Below, piece by piece: positions 45,219 through 55,891 of a stretch of 64,000 nucleotides of DNA. The notes under the pieces are model-generated. The model was not told where the DNA came from, made no database searches, and saw only the letters and a program-made list of their open reading frames with translations. The stretch is from an uncultured delta proteobacterium. Its GTDB lineage: Bacteria > Desulfobacterota > RBG-13-43-22. How positions within the stretch are numbered: the first letter of the stretch is position 1; every line of letters begins with the position of its first letter. Location of the stretch: NCBI GenBank assembly GCA_963843145.1, contig CAWJJC010000020.1:448001-512000 (forward strand), given 5' to 3'. Made by a program: the position numbers and the translations under genes.

Positions 45219-47267
45219 ATGGCTGAAAAAGAAGAAAAAGGCGTTGAAGCGTCCGAAGCTGAAATAGCGGTGCATTGGCAGGAAGAAGGGTTGGTTTATC
45301 CTTCGGTGAAGTTCATTGCCCAGGCCAACATGACCGATGAATCGATCTATGATCGTTTTTCATTGGAAAATTTTCCCAACTGTTTCAAAGAATATGCCGA
45401 TATGCTGACCTGGTACAAGTACTGGGACGAAATCCTCGATACCAGTGATGCCCCCTGTTACAAATGGTTTAAGGGCGGCTTGATCAATGCCAGCTACAAC
45501 TGTATTGACCGGCATCTGGCCCAGTATAAGAACAAAACCGCGATCCACTTCGTCCCGGAGCTGGAGAATGAGAAGACCGAGCATGTCACCTACCAGGAGT
45601 TGTATGTCCGGGTGAATGAGTTTGCCGCCATCCTGCAGAATGAATGCGGACTGAAGGCCGGGGACCGGGTCACCCTGCATTTGCCCATGGTGGCCGAACT
45701 ACCCATCACGATGCTGGCCTGCGCCAGACTGGGCGTTATTCATTCTCAGGTCTTCGGCGGGTTCAGCGCCAGGGCCTGCGCCGACCGGATCGTGGACTCG
45801 GGAAGTGAATACCTGATCACGATGGACGCCTATTATCGATCCGGCCAGCTTCAAGAACATAAAGAAAAGGCGGATATTGCCCTGGCCGAGGCGGCCAAAG
45901 ACGGACAGCAGGTCAAAAAGGTCCTGGTCTGGCAGCGCTATCCCGGCAAGTATTCTTCGAAGATCCCGATGGTGGAAGGGCGCGACTTTTTTGTCAATGA
46001 CCTGCTGAAAAAGTATTACGGCGCCCGGATTGAGCCGGTCAAGATGCCCGCGGAAGCGCCGCTGTTTCTCATGTATACCAGCGGCACCACCGGAAAGCCC
46101 AAAGGCGCCCAGCACAGTACCGGGGGTTATCTGGCGTATGTCACCGGCACCTCGAAATACGTTCAGGATATTCATCCGGAAGACGTTTACTGGTGTATGG
46201 CGGACATCGGCTGGATTACGGGCCATTCCTACATTGTTTATGGTCCGCTGGCCTTAGCGGCCTCCACGGTTATTTATGAAGGCGTCCCTACCTATCCGGA
46301 TGCCGGCCGATCCTGGAGGATTGCTCAGGACCTCGACGTGAATATATTCCACACCGCACCGACGGCCATCCGGGCACTAAGAAAGGTCGGTCCTGACGAG
46401 CCGAAGAAATACAATTATCACTTCAAGCATATGACCACCGTGGGTGAGCCGATTGAGCCTGAAGTCTGGAGATGGTATTATAAGGAGGTCGGCAAAGGCG
46501 AGGCGATCATTGTGGATACCTGGTGGCAGACCGAAAACGGCGGTTTCCTGTGCAGCACCCTCCCGGCCATTAAGCCCATGAAGCCCGGCAGTGCCGGCCC
46601 GGGTATGCCCGGTATCCATCCGATCGTTTATGACAATGACGGCAACGTCGTTCCAGCAGGATCAGGCAAGGCCGGCAACATCTGCATCCAAAACCCGTGG
46701 CCCGGCATGTTCCAGACCATCTGGGGAGACCGCGACCGTTTTGTCAAGACTTATTTTGAAAGATACTGCAAAGACCCAAAGAGCAAGCGGTGGCAGGATT
46801 GGCCATATCTGACCGGTGATGCCGCGGTGGTGGCTGAGGACGGTTATGTCCGCATCCTCGGTAGAATTGACGATGTGATCAATGTTTCCGGTCACCGACT
46901 GGGGACCAAGGAGATTGAGTCCGCGGCTTTGACCCACCCGGATGTGGCCGAGGCGGCCGTTGTTCCGGTGAAGCATGAGGTCAAAGGCAAGGAACCGGAT
47001 CTGTATATCGCCTTGAAACCCGGCAGAACAGCCTCTGATGAACTGGCCAAAGCCATATCCCAGTGTATCGTCAAGGAAATCGGTGCCATCGCCAGGCCGA
47101 GAAAGGTATGGATTGTCGCTGACATGCCCAAGACCCGGTCGGGAAAGATCATGCGTCGTGTACTGGGCGCTATTTCCAACCACACGGATGTCGGCGATGT
47201 GATGACCCTGGCCAATCCTGAAATCGTCGAGGCCATTCTGAAGATGAATAAGGAATCCGGAGTGTAA
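45219..47267 (+). CDS. acs: acetate--CoA ligase (AMP-forming)
   Basis: YTSGTTGKPKG, ADIGWITGHSY, DTWWQTE, PKTRSGK; ATG 45219 preferred (SD AAGGAG). Confidence 0.93.
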   Translation: MAEKEEKGVEASEAEIAVHWQEEGLVYPSVKFIAQANMTDESIYDRFSLENFPNCFKEYADMLTWYKYWDEILDTSDAPCYKWFKGGLINASYNCIDRHLAQYKNKTAIHFVPELENEKTEHVTYQELYVRVNEFAAILQNECGLKAGDRVTLHLPMVAELPITMLACARLGVIHSQVFGGFSARACADRIVDSGSEYLITMDAYYRSGQLQEHKEKADIALAEAAKDGQQVKKVLVWQRYPGKYSSKIPMVEGRDFFVNDLLKKYYGARIEPVKMPAEAPLFLMYTSGTTGKPKGAQHSTGGYLAYVTGTSKYVQDIHPEDVYWCMADIGWITGHSYIVYGPLALAASTVIYEGVPTYPDAGRSWRIAQDLDVNIFHTAPTAIRALRKVGPDEPKKYNYHFKHMTTVGEPIEPEVWRWYYKEVGKGEAIIVDTWWQTENGGFLCSTLPAIKPMKPGSAGPGMPGIHPIVYDNDGNVVPAGSGKAGNICIQNPWPGMFQTIWGDRDRFVKTYFERYCKDPKSKRWQDWPYLTGDAAVVAEDGYVRILGRIDDVINVSGHRLGTKEIESAALTHPDVAEAAVVPVKHEVKGKEPDLYIALKPGRTASDELAKAISQCIVKEIGAIARPRKVWIVADMPKTRSGKIMRRVLGAISNHTDVGDVMTLANPEIVEAILKMNKESGV

Positions 47268-47351
47268 GCCGCCGTTCGAAGGGTAACTATTTCTCCGCAG
47301 GGTATAAAGAGTGAAAACATCATTTGTCTTTTGACCCATTTCAGGTTTTTT

Positions 47352-47470
47352 CGTCATGCCGGACTCGATCCGGCATCCAGGGAATTTGAAGCTTGGACGA
47401 ACCCGGATTCCGGCCCTTCGACAAAGCTCATGGCCCTGAGCAAGCCGAAGGGCTTCCGTCGGAATGACGA
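47352..47470. repeat. composite REP-like element, inverted copy of 20421-20538
   Basis: Reverse complement of 47403-47470 matches 20422-20489 at 66 of 68 positions by manual comparison. Confidence 0.85.
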
Positions 47471-47779
47471 TTTTATTCCTGGCCAGTACATTTTTTCATT
47501 CTTCGGGGTGCCCGTCCCGGGCATGGGGGTTTAGCAGATAACTTTCCTTATCAAAGTCCCCCTTGGAAGAAGGGAGGACGGGCAGGATTTTGAAAAAATG
47601 AAAGCCGGGAGCGTTATTGGCAAAGCGTCTCTCCGCGGGAGGACGATTGTTGGCGGGTACACCACCGTTCGGCAACCGACCTCCCCTTCTCCGGCAGGCC
47701 GGGAGGGTGGATCGATTCACCCTCCCCGGCCTGCTCCTCCAATAAACCGGGTTGGGAATGCTCCCTGAGGAAGGGCCTT

Positions 47780-48334
47780 ATGGTAGATAAATTTCTCATT
47801 AGAAAAGGCGCGGTCATTTTAGTCCTCATCGATATCCAAGAGAAACTGGCCGCCGCCATGAAAAAAAGGGAAACGGTGACGGCCAATTGCCTCCACCTGG
47901 TGGAACTGGCCAAGCTCCTGGGAATCCCTATTCTGCTGACCGAACAATACCCTCGAGGGCTGGGTCCCACCCTGGATGAAATCAAAACGGCCCTGCCGCT
48001 GTACGAGCCCTTTGAGAAAACCGCCTTTGACTGCTGCCGAGAGATCGGTTTCATCGAAAAGGTAGCGGCCTCCGGAAGGCAAAAAATCCTGCTGACCGGC
48101 ATGGAGACCCACATTTGTGTCCTCCAGACCGCGCTGGGTTTGATCCAGGCCGGCTATGCCGTCCAGGTCATCCAGGATGCCTGCTGTTCCCGGACCAAGG
48201 ATAATTTTAAAATCGGCCTGGAATGGCTGCGCGACGCCGGGGCGGTCATCACCGGAACGGAAACGGTTCTATTTCAACTGCTGGAAAAGGCCGGAACCGA
48301 GCCTTTCAAAGTGATTTCGAAAAGAATAAAGTAA
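47780..48334 (+). CDS. isochorismatase-family cysteine hydrolase (YcaC-like)
   Basis: IDIQEKL, TEQYPRGLGPT, K..F, GMETHICVLQT. Confidence 0.9.
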   Translation: MVDKFLIRKGAVILVLIDIQEKLAAAMKKRETVTANCLHLVELAKLLGIPILLTEQYPRGLGPTLDEIKTALPLYEPFEKTAFDCCREIGFIEKVAASGRQKILLTGMETHICVLQTALGLIQAGYAVQVIQDACCSRTKDNFKIGLEWLRDAGAVITGTETVLFQLLEKAGTEPFKVISKRIK

Positions 48335-48344
48335 GGAGGTCTAC

Positions 48345-50246
48345 ATGACGTATAAGGAACTGTACCGGGAATCGATTGAAAAACCCGATTCTTTCTGGGG
48401 AAGGGCGGCGGAAGAGATCGTCTGGGATCGGAAATGGGACCAGGTCCTGGACGATTCCCGGAAACCCTTTTACCGCTGGTTTAAAGGGGGCCGGCTGAAC
48501 ACTTGTTTTAATGCCGTCGATGTCCACGTCCAGCAGGGGCGGGGCAGCCAGCCGGCCCTGATCTACGACAGCCCGGTCACCAACACGATTCAAACGACCA
48601 CCTATCAGGAACTTCTGGACCGGGTTTCCCGGATTGCCGGTTTTCTAAAAGCACTGGGGGTCCAAAAAGGGGATACGGTGATCGTCTATATGCCCATGAT
48701 CCCGGAAGCCGTCCTGTCCATGCTGGCCTGTGCCCGCCTGGGGGCCATCCATTCCGTGGTCTTCGGGGGGTTTGCCCCCCGGGAGCTGGCCATCCGCATC
48801 GATGACGCCAAACCTAAGGTCATCCTCTCCGCTTCCTGCGGAATCGAAGGGCAACGGGTCATTCCTTATAAACCCCTGCTGGATGAAGCCATCCAACTGG
48901 CGGAAAGCAAACCGGAGAAATGCGTCATCTTTCAACGCCCCCAGGCCCCGGCCGACCTGCTCCCCGAGCGCGATCTGGAATGGACCCACCTGGAGGCCCA
49001 GGCCCAGCCGGCCGACTGCGTTTCCGTGGAGGCCACCGATCCCTTGTACATCCTTTACACCTCCGGTACCACCGGCAAGCCCAAGGGGGTGGTCCGGGAC
49101 AACGGCGGCCACGCCGTGGCCTTGAAATGGACCATGAAGCATATTTACAACATCGGTCCGGGCGAGGTTTATTGGGCGGCCTCGGACGTGGGTTGGGTGG
49201 TCGGCCACTCCTATATCGTTTACGGGCCCCTCCTCATGGGCGCCACCTCGATTGTCTATGAAGGCAAGCCGGTGGGCACCCCCGACCCCGGCGCCTTCTG
49301 GCGAGTTATCTCCCAGCACGGCGTCAAGGCCCTGTTTACGGCGCCCACGGCTATCCGGGCCATCAAGCGGGAGGATTCCAAAGGCGAATTCCTGAAGAAA
49401 TACGACCTCTCCAAGTTCGAAACCCTTTTTCTGGCCGGCGAACGCCTCGATCCGGACACCTACCACTGGGCCACCGACCTGCTTAAAAAGCCGGTCATCG
49501 ACCACTGGTGGCAAACCGAAACCGGCTGGGCCATCGCCGGGAACTTCCGGGGGCTGGAACTCTTTCCCATCAAACCCGGATCGGCCACTATGCCCATGCC
49601 CGGCTACAACATCAAAATTCTGGAACCCGCCTCCGGTCAGGAACTGGGGCCCAATGAAAACGGGATGATCGTGGTCAAGCTGCCCCTGCCGCCGGCCAAC
49701 CTGCCCACCCTGTGGCAGGACGATCAACGCTTTCTGAACTCCTATATGAACCCCTATCCCGGGTATTACCTTACCGGAGACGGCGGATATTTGGACGAAG
49801 AGGGGTATGTCTTTGTCATGGGCCGGGTTGATGACGTGATCAACGTGGCCGGGCATCGCCTGTCCACCGGCGGGATGGAAGAGGTCCTCTCTCGCCATCC
49901 CGACGTGGCCGAATGCGCGGTCATGGGGGTGGCCGACGACCTGAAAGGCCAGGTACCGGTGGGAATGATCGTTCTCAAGAGCGGGGTCACCCGCCCGCCG
50001 GAGGAAATCGTCGCCGAAGTCATCCAAATGGTCCGAAAGGATATCGGCGCCGTAGCCTCCTTTAAAAAGGCGGTGGTGGTCAAACGCCTGCCCAAGACCC
50101 GTTCCGGCAAGATCCTCCGCGGGACCATGCGCAAGATCGCCGACGGGGAGGAATTCAAAATCCCCTCCACCATCGACGATCCGGTCATCCTGGATGAGAT
50201 CGGCGACTCCCTGAAGTCCATCGGCTATGGAAAGTCCCCCGCTTAG
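48345..50246 (+). CDS. prpE: propionyl-CoA synthetase
   Basis: YTSGTTGKPKGVVRDNGG, ASDVGWVVGHSY, DHWWQTETGW, LPKTRSGK. Confidence 0.88.
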   Translation: MTYKELYRESIEKPDSFWGRAAEEIVWDRKWDQVLDDSRKPFYRWFKGGRLNTCFNAVDVHVQQGRGSQPALIYDSPVTNTIQTTTYQELLDRVSRIAGFLKALGVQKGDTVIVYMPMIPEAVLSMLACARLGAIHSVVFGGFAPRELAIRIDDAKPKVILSASCGIEGQRVIPYKPLLDEAIQLAESKPEKCVIFQRPQAPADLLPERDLEWTHLEAQAQPADCVSVEATDPLYILYTSGTTGKPKGVVRDNGGHAVALKWTMKHIYNIGPGEVYWAASDVGWVVGHSYIVYGPLLMGATSIVYEGKPVGTPDPGAFWRVISQHGVKALFTAPTAIRAIKREDSKGEFLKKYDLSKFETLFLAGERLDPDTYHWATDLLKKPVIDHWWQTETGWAIAGNFRGLELFPIKPGSATMPMPGYNIKILEPASGQELGPNENGMIVVKLPLPPANLPTLWQDDQRFLNSYMNPYPGYYLTGDGGYLDEEGYVFVMGRVDDVINVAGHRLSTGGMEEVLSRHPDVAECAVMGVADDLKGQVPVGMIVLKSGVTRPPEEIVAEVIQMVRKDIGAVASFKKAVVVKRLPKTRSGKILRGTMRKIADGEEFKIPSTIDDPVILDEIGDSLKSIGYGKSPA

Positions 50247-50280
50247 AACACCGGCCAAAAAGGTCCCGCCCCAAACTTAA

Positions 50281-50313
50281 ACCGGAAGTCCCCCGCGGGG
50301 GGGGGCTTCCGGT
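50281..50313. terminator. hairpin between convergent prpE and treY
   Basis: ACCGGAAGTCCCC / GGGGGCTTCCGGT. Confidence 0.65.
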
Positions 50314-50483
50314 CCCAGAGAGGCACTCAATAATAATTAATAGTTAACAATTGATTATTAATTATTAATATAAATAACTTAGGATGTGGAACCGCCCCTT
50401 ATATTTTCAGCTTTCGAGGGTGCCCGCTCCTGGATAAAGGGATTTCCCGCGAAAGAAGCCGGCCTTGGTCGGGAACCCGAATA

Positions 50484-53468
50484 TTACAAGACTTCCTCTT
50501 CCTCTCCCGCCGCATCATCCCAGACGGCCCGGCCGTCAAATCCCAATTTTTCGCGGATCCTCCGGCGGACAGGTTTGACCGGCGCCCCGGTCAGCAAGGC
50601 CTGGGGAAGCTGCCCGAAGACCGAAGACAACGACAATATCTTCTTGGAGGAAACCCCTTGAGGCTCCCATTCTTCCCCGGTCAGGACGTTCCGCCAGCGT
50701 CTCGGTCCGCCCTTCGGGAGAACCAGCGCATTCCCTCCCCAGCAGGATTCCCCCAGGGGCAGCCGATCCGGTCCCGAAATTTCCGAAAAAAAACGGCCAG
50801 CCACCGTTATGGTCCAGTCATCTCCCAGAACCCTGGCGAAAGCCGCCACCCGGTCCCGGTGAACCCCCTGTACGGCCAGCGGCAGGTAAGCCCCCGACTG
50901 AAAAAGTTTGGCTTGCGCCCGTCGAAAGCGGAGGGTTTTGGCGGTAATAAACATTTTGATCAACCCGTCTGGCCATTGGTGAAGCAGTTTGCCGGCCAAT
51001 TCCGGTTCACCCCGGGAATCCCGCGCCAGCAGTCGACGAAGGGCGGACCGCCGCAGCTTGAAATCCACCGGCCGCCGGTTATCGGGGTCCACCAGACTGA
51101 AGTCCCAGAGTTCCGTCCCCTGGTAAAAATCGGGGACTCCCGGGGAGGTGGACTTGAGCAGCACCTGGGAGAGGGAATTCAGGGCGCCCCAGAAAGCCAG
51201 CCGCGCTTGCCATTGGAGAAGATCATCCAGAAAGGGGGAGTCCCTGGTATCATCCAAGATGGCCCTTAAAAAAGACACCAGCGCCTGTTCATATTCCAGA
51301 TGAGGGGCAATCCAGCGGGTATGGACCTTGGCCTCCCGGGCGGCCTTTACCAGGTAGGTCTCCAGACGGGTTCGACATTCCGGAACCTCTCGGGGCAGCA
51401 AGGGCCAGACCCCCAGCAGGGTCTGGTAGATAAAAATCTCTTCATTGGGTCCGGGGACCGGCAGACCCCGGATCGACATCTTGATTCCGGCATTCCATTC
51501 GGTCCACTGATTCAGACGCTTTTCCCATTCTTCGGGGATTTCCGAAAGTACCTGAAGCCGTGCCCTGACGTCTTCGCTTCGTTTAGTATCGTGGGTGGAA
51601 GTGGCATTCAAGGTAAATGGACAGGACTGTTGACGCTCCCGGTTGAAACGATGGAAATCATCCAGCCTTTCCGCCTGCGGCCCGCCTCCCACCTCGTTCA
51701 GGGAGAGCAGCGGGTGATAGACATACAGGGCGGTATCTTCCAGCCCTTTGGCCATGATCGGACCGGTGAACTGCTGCCAGCGCATCAGGAAGGAAAGCCA
51801 GGTTTGCCGGCGTTCCTCCCCGACCCCATCCGGATTGTCCAGCGACATAATCCTTTCCAGGAAATCCAGGCCTTTCGCATCCAGGTCCGGAAGACGGCGG
51901 ACCCTCTTAAGCAATTCGGTCAGGATGTGACGGTCGAAAGGGGAAATCTGAAAGTCACGAAGGTACGTCCGATAGACCGGGAGACGGGCGACGCTCTCCT
52001 CCAGGACTTTCAACAAGGCCTTCCGGGATACGTCCCGGGCCTGCCGGTCCCCGTCGGCCAATTGGACCAGCAGATTGGTCAGCGATTCCACCTCCCCGCC
52101 GAACAGGGAACGCAGGATCAGTTTTTTCTTTTCGGCCACGATTTCCTGAAAATCCCGCCGCTCTCCGCTGAAACGGCGGTATATCGATTTCAATTTGGCG
52201 AGACCATCCGGGTGGACCAGGAGGCCGTTCAGTTTCCCCAGAAAATCGTAACCGGAGGTCCCGGCCACCGGCCAGGTCCCGGGCACCCGTTCCTCCCCCA
52301 TCAGGATATTTTCCACCAGGATATAAAAGTCTTTTAATCCCTCACCCTGGCCGGTCAATTGGCGGATTCGTTGCTGCAAGCGCTGTAGATAGCCCTCGGG
52401 ATCATACAACCCGTCTATATGATCGATGCGCAGTCCCGTGATTTTCCCTCCCTCGATCAGGGGCCAGAGGCCGGCATGGGCCGCCTCGAAGACCGCCGGA
52501 TCTTCCACCCGGATTCCGATGAGGTCATTGATGCTGAAAAATCGCCGGTAATTGATCATCTCCAGGGCCACCAGCCAGCAAGCCAGGCGGTAGGGTTGTT
52601 CCCGCAGGAGTCCTTCGAGGAGGTCGAAGCTGGGGGCGTCTCCCGGAATCCCGTTGAACTGACGAAGGTTCTCCTCCAGAAACGCTCGAATTTCCGGAAA
52701 CCCCTGTACCAAGTTCCAGAGCCCCTTTTTAAGGCCCTCGATCTGATGCTGGCGCGCCCGCAGTTTATTCCGCTGGGAGGATTGATAACCGGGCAGTTCT
52801 TTAATCAGGGCGATCAAACCTCGGAGAGCCAAAACGGCGGGATGGCTTTCTCCGGTTGTATGCTCCAGATCCGACAGCCGGTGGGTCAAAATCTGCAGCC
52901 AGGATCGGGGTTCCACCGGAAACTGGTGTTCGTAATAGCGGATGAAAAAACCCCTGGGATCCAGGTCCAGGGAAATCTCCCGACCTTCCAGAACCTGCCC
53001 GTAAGGGGCCCCCAGCACCGGGATCAGCACTTTGCCCTGCATCAGCCCCTGAGGAGGATACCAGTCGATATCAAAAAAGACCGCGTAAGGCGATCCCGGA
53101 CCGCTTTCCAGGACATTCCACCACCAGGGGTTATCCTGGCTCAAGGCCAGGTGATTGGGGACTACGTCCAGGAGCAGCCCCATCCCCCTGGAACTCAGGG
53201 CCTTAGTCAGGGCCTCGAAAGACCGCCGCCCCCCGAGTTCCGGGTTAATCTCCTGGGGGTTGGTCACCGAGTACCCGTGCAGACTTCCCTGGCGCGCTTT
53301 AAACAAAGGCGACGCGTAGAGGTCGGAGATGCCCAGGGCCTCCAGATAGGGCACCAGGTCCCGGGCCTCCGCCAGGGTCCAATCCGGATGGAACTGGACC
53401 CGGTAGGTAGCCGTGGGGATCCTATTCAGCGCGGTAGAATTTTTCAGGGGCAACGACACGGCGGTCAA
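50484..53468 (-). CDS. treY: malto-oligosyltrehalose synthase
   Basis: PTATYRVQ, NYRRFFSIN, LRIDHIDGL, STHDTKRSED, SLVDPDNRRPVD. Confidence 0.95.
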   Translation of the reverse strand: MTAVSLPLKNSTALNRIPTATYRVQFHPDWTLAEARDLVPYLEALGISDLYASPLFKARQGSLHGYSVTNPQEINPELGGRRSFEALTKALSSRGMGLLLDVVPNHLALSQDNPWWWNVLESGPGSPYAVFFDIDWYPPQGLMQGKVLIPVLGAPYGQVLEGREISLDLDPRGFFIRYYEHQFPVEPRSWLQILTHRLSDLEHTTGESHPAVLALRGLIALIKELPGYQSSQRNKLRARQHQIEGLKKGLWNLVQGFPEIRAFLEENLRQFNGIPGDAPSFDLLEGLLREQPYRLACWLVALEMINYRRFFSINDLIGIRVEDPAVFEAAHAGLWPLIEGGKITGLRIDHIDGLYDPEGYLQRLQQRIRQLTGQGEGLKDFYILVENILMGEERVPGTWPVAGTSGYDFLGKLNGLLVHPDGLAKLKSIYRRFSGERRDFQEIVAEKKKLILRSLFGGEVESLTNLLVQLADGDRQARDVSRKALLKVLEESVARLPVYRTYLRDFQISPFDRHILTELLKRVRRLPDLDAKGLDFLERIMSLDNPDGVGEERRQTWLSFLMRWQQFTGPIMAKGLEDTALYVYHPLLSLNEVGGGPQAERLDDFHRFNRERQQSCPFTLNATSTHDTKRSEDVRARLQVLSEIPEEWEKRLNQWTEWNAGIKMSIRGLPVPGPNEEIFIYQTLLGVWPLLPREVPECRTRLETYLVKAAREAKVHTRWIAPHLEYEQALVSFLRAILDDTRDSPFLDDLLQWQARLAFWGALNSLSQVLLKSTSPGVPDFYQGTELWDFSLVDPDNRRPVDFKLRRSALRRLLARDSRGEPELAGKLLHQWPDGLIKMFITAKTLRFRRAQAKLFQSGAYLPLAVQGVHRDRVAAFARVLGDDWTITVAGRFFSEISGPDRLPLGESCWGGNALVLPKGGPRRWRNVLTGEEWEPQGVSSKKILSLSSVFGQLPQALLTGAPVKPVRRRIREKLGFDGRAVWDDAAGEEEEVL

Positions 53469-55891
53469 TCCACTCGTACCGAAAGCTTATCCCCGATCCC
53501 CCGAAAAAACTTTACCCAGTTCCGGGCCTTCTTGCGGCCTTGATTGGCCTTCCAGCGCCATTCCGGGTAAACGGTATGCAGGGCTTCATAAAACAAATTT
53601 TGGACCTTCCAGAGTTGTATGGGAAAGGGGAGTCCCCGGGCCAGAGTAACGGCTTCATCGAGTCTGATCAGGCTTTGAAGCTGCCCGGGATTGGCCTGGA
53701 AGTCCCGGGCCAGCCGGATGATTTTTTGTCGCAGGGCATACTCCAGTCCGGTTTGATCCAGACTGATCTGTAACATCCGGGCCTCCTCGAGCTGGGCTTC
53801 AATGGCGTTCACATCCGGCTCCTCAGCATCAATGGCCGCCATTAAATTGGCGTTCAGGACCAGTTCGGCCGTCGCCCGGTAGGCATTCGGCAACGGCGCT
53901 CCCAAATTGACCAAAAACCGCATCAAGGGCCCGTGGTAGTTGTAGATCTGCCGGTAGCTGCCCCGGATTTCCTCCAGTGAGGATTCCATGATCTGGTTCA
54001 GGACCTTCCGCTGCTCATCTCGAAAAAGGGAGCGCAGGGAATAGGTGGATTCCCCGAAATGCCGGTCGATGCCCCGGATGGTTTCGGGAAAATCGGCTCT
54101 GGAAAAGGTCCCGGAAATTTCCCGGACCATCTCCTGGTAGGCTTCCTCTCCCTGGAAGCTCCGGACCCCCCCGGCGATATTGTGGTCACCGAAATGGAAA
54201 ACGGCGAAACTGATCCGGTCCTCATTGCGGGTGATTTCCGAGGTAATCCGGATCCGTCCCAGGCCCAACTTCGCCTTGCCCGCTTCCTGGAAATGAAAGT
54301 CTTCCTGGGCGACCGCATAGGCAAAGATGCGGTTTTGACTTTCATACACCTCAAAAAGGGAGCTGACGGCATAGTGGGCCCCCACCTCCAGCAGGTCCAG
54401 ACGGGCCGGCCGGACCAGGGTCTCATAAATCCGGCGGCCGTCCCGGTGCTCCGGCAAATTGCTTTTGGCCTGCTCGAGTCGCTCCAGAAAACGGCTCTCC
54501 ATATCTGTGCCGAGCACTCCATCGGCCAACTGCAGGACCCGGCCGGCATACTGGATCACCTGGACGGTTTCGAGGCCCGAGAGTTCATCAAAAAACCAGC
54601 CGCAACTGGTGTACATCAGCAGAGCGTAACGCTGCATTTCCAGGAGCCGCAGCAGGTCGACCGTCTCTTCCGGGTTCAGCGGGCGAAGGCTCTGCCGGTT
54701 GATAAAGGCTTGGACGTTTTCCGGAGTACGGTCCAGGATGACCCGGATATAGTCATCCCGGGCGCCCCAGGGATCTTTCAGATAGGTCCCGGCTTTTTCC
54801 TCGTAAGACGGCACCAGAGCCTCCCGGAGCCAGTCCAGGGCATCGCGCAGTGGCGTCCGCCAGGCCTGGTTCCAGCCCGGGTGCATCCCGCTGTTGCAAC
54901 CGCAATCCCGCCACCAGCGCTCCACGCCGTGAATGCAGCTCCAGGAAGAGTTCTCAAATATTTCCACTTCCTGGGTGGCAGGATGTCTTTCCAGATACTC
55001 TCCGTAATTGGTCAGAGTAGCCAGTCCCCGGGATTCGATAAATTCCAGGGCGTAAGCCAGGGCCATCTCCCCGTGGGCGTGGTGATGGCCGAAGGTTTCA
55101 CCGTCGGTGGCTATGTGGACCAGTTGGGGCCAGGAACGTCCTTCACTGAAGGCCCCCACCAGTCGGTGGGCCAGATTTTCTCCCTGTTCCAGCACCCCCT
55201 CGAAAGCCACCCCCCGGGAGATCGGCCCGTCATAAAAAAATAGGGTTATCGTTCTTCCCGAGGGCAAGCGCTGCAGATAAGGCCGGGTCGGGTCGATCCG
55301 TTCCCCGGAAACGTCCTCCCAATGCTTCCCGTCGGCCGGCCGGATGCGGGCCGCCTGGCGGGGAGCTAAAAGGGTAAAACGGATCCCCTCCTCAGCCAGG
55401 ATATCCAGGGTCTCCAGATCCGCTGCCGTTTCCGCCAGCCACATCCCCTCGGGATCCCGACCGAAGCGGTGCTGGAAATCCCGGATCCCCCAGCGCACCT
55501 GGGTCAGCTTATCCCGGCGATTGGCCAGCGGCAGGATCATGTGGTTATAGACCTGGGCCAGGGCCGAACCGTGCCCCGAAAAATGCTCCCGGCTGATCCG
55601 GTCGGCCAGGAGTACCGCGTTATAGATGTCTGGGTCTTTTTCGGCCATCCAGGCCAGGAGGGTCGGCCCGAAGTTAAAACTGATGCGGGAATAATTGTTG
55701 GGAATCTTAATGATCCGGCCTTCCCCGTCCAGGACGCGGGAGGCGGCATTGGGTGCATAACACTCGGCGCTGATCCGCTCGTTCCAGTCGTGGTAGGGAT
55801 AGGCGGAATCCTGCAGCTCGATATCCTCCAGCCAAGGATTTTCCCGGGGTGGTTGATAAAAATGCCCATGGATACAGATATAACGTTCCAT
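53465..55891 (-). CDS. GH57-like DUF3536 domain protein
   Basis: HGHFYQPPRENPW, WLAETA, ATDGETFGHH, MYTSCGWFFDE. Confidence 0.92.
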   Translation of the reverse strand: MERYICIHGHFYQPPRENPWLEDIELQDSAYPYHDWNERISAECYAPNAASRVLDGEGRIIKIPNNYSRISFNFGPTLLAWMAEKDPDIYNAVLLADRISREHFSGHGSALAQVYNHMILPLANRRDKLTQVRWGIRDFQHRFGRDPEGMWLAETAADLETLDILAEEGIRFTLLAPRQAARIRPADGKHWEDVSGERIDPTRPYLQRLPSGRTITLFFYDGPISRGVAFEGVLEQGENLAHRLVGAFSEGRSWPQLVHIATDGETFGHHHAHGEMALAYALEFIESRGLATLTNYGEYLERHPATQEVEIFENSSWSCIHGVERWWRDCGCNSGMHPGWNQAWRTPLRDALDWLREALVPSYEEKAGTYLKDPWGARDDYIRVILDRTPENVQAFINRQSLRPLNPEETVDLLRLLEMQRYALLMYTSCGWFFDELSGLETVQVIQYAGRVLQLADGVLGTDMESRFLERLEQAKSNLPEHRDGRRIYETLVRPARLDLLEVGAHYAVSSLFEVYESQNRIFAYAVAQEDFHFQEAGKAKLGLGRIRITSEITRNEDRISFAVFHFGDHNIAGGVRSFQGEEAYQEMVREISGTFSRADFPETIRGIDRHFGESTYSLRSLFRDEQRKVLNQIMESSLEEIRGSYRQIYNYHGPLMRFLVNLGAPLPNAYRATAELVLNANLMAAIDAEEPDVNAIEAQLEEARMLQISLDQTGLEYALRQKIIRLARDFQANPGQLQSLIRLDEAVTLARGLPFPIQLWKVQNLFYEALHTVYPEWRWKANQGRKKARNWVKFFRGIGDKLSVRVD

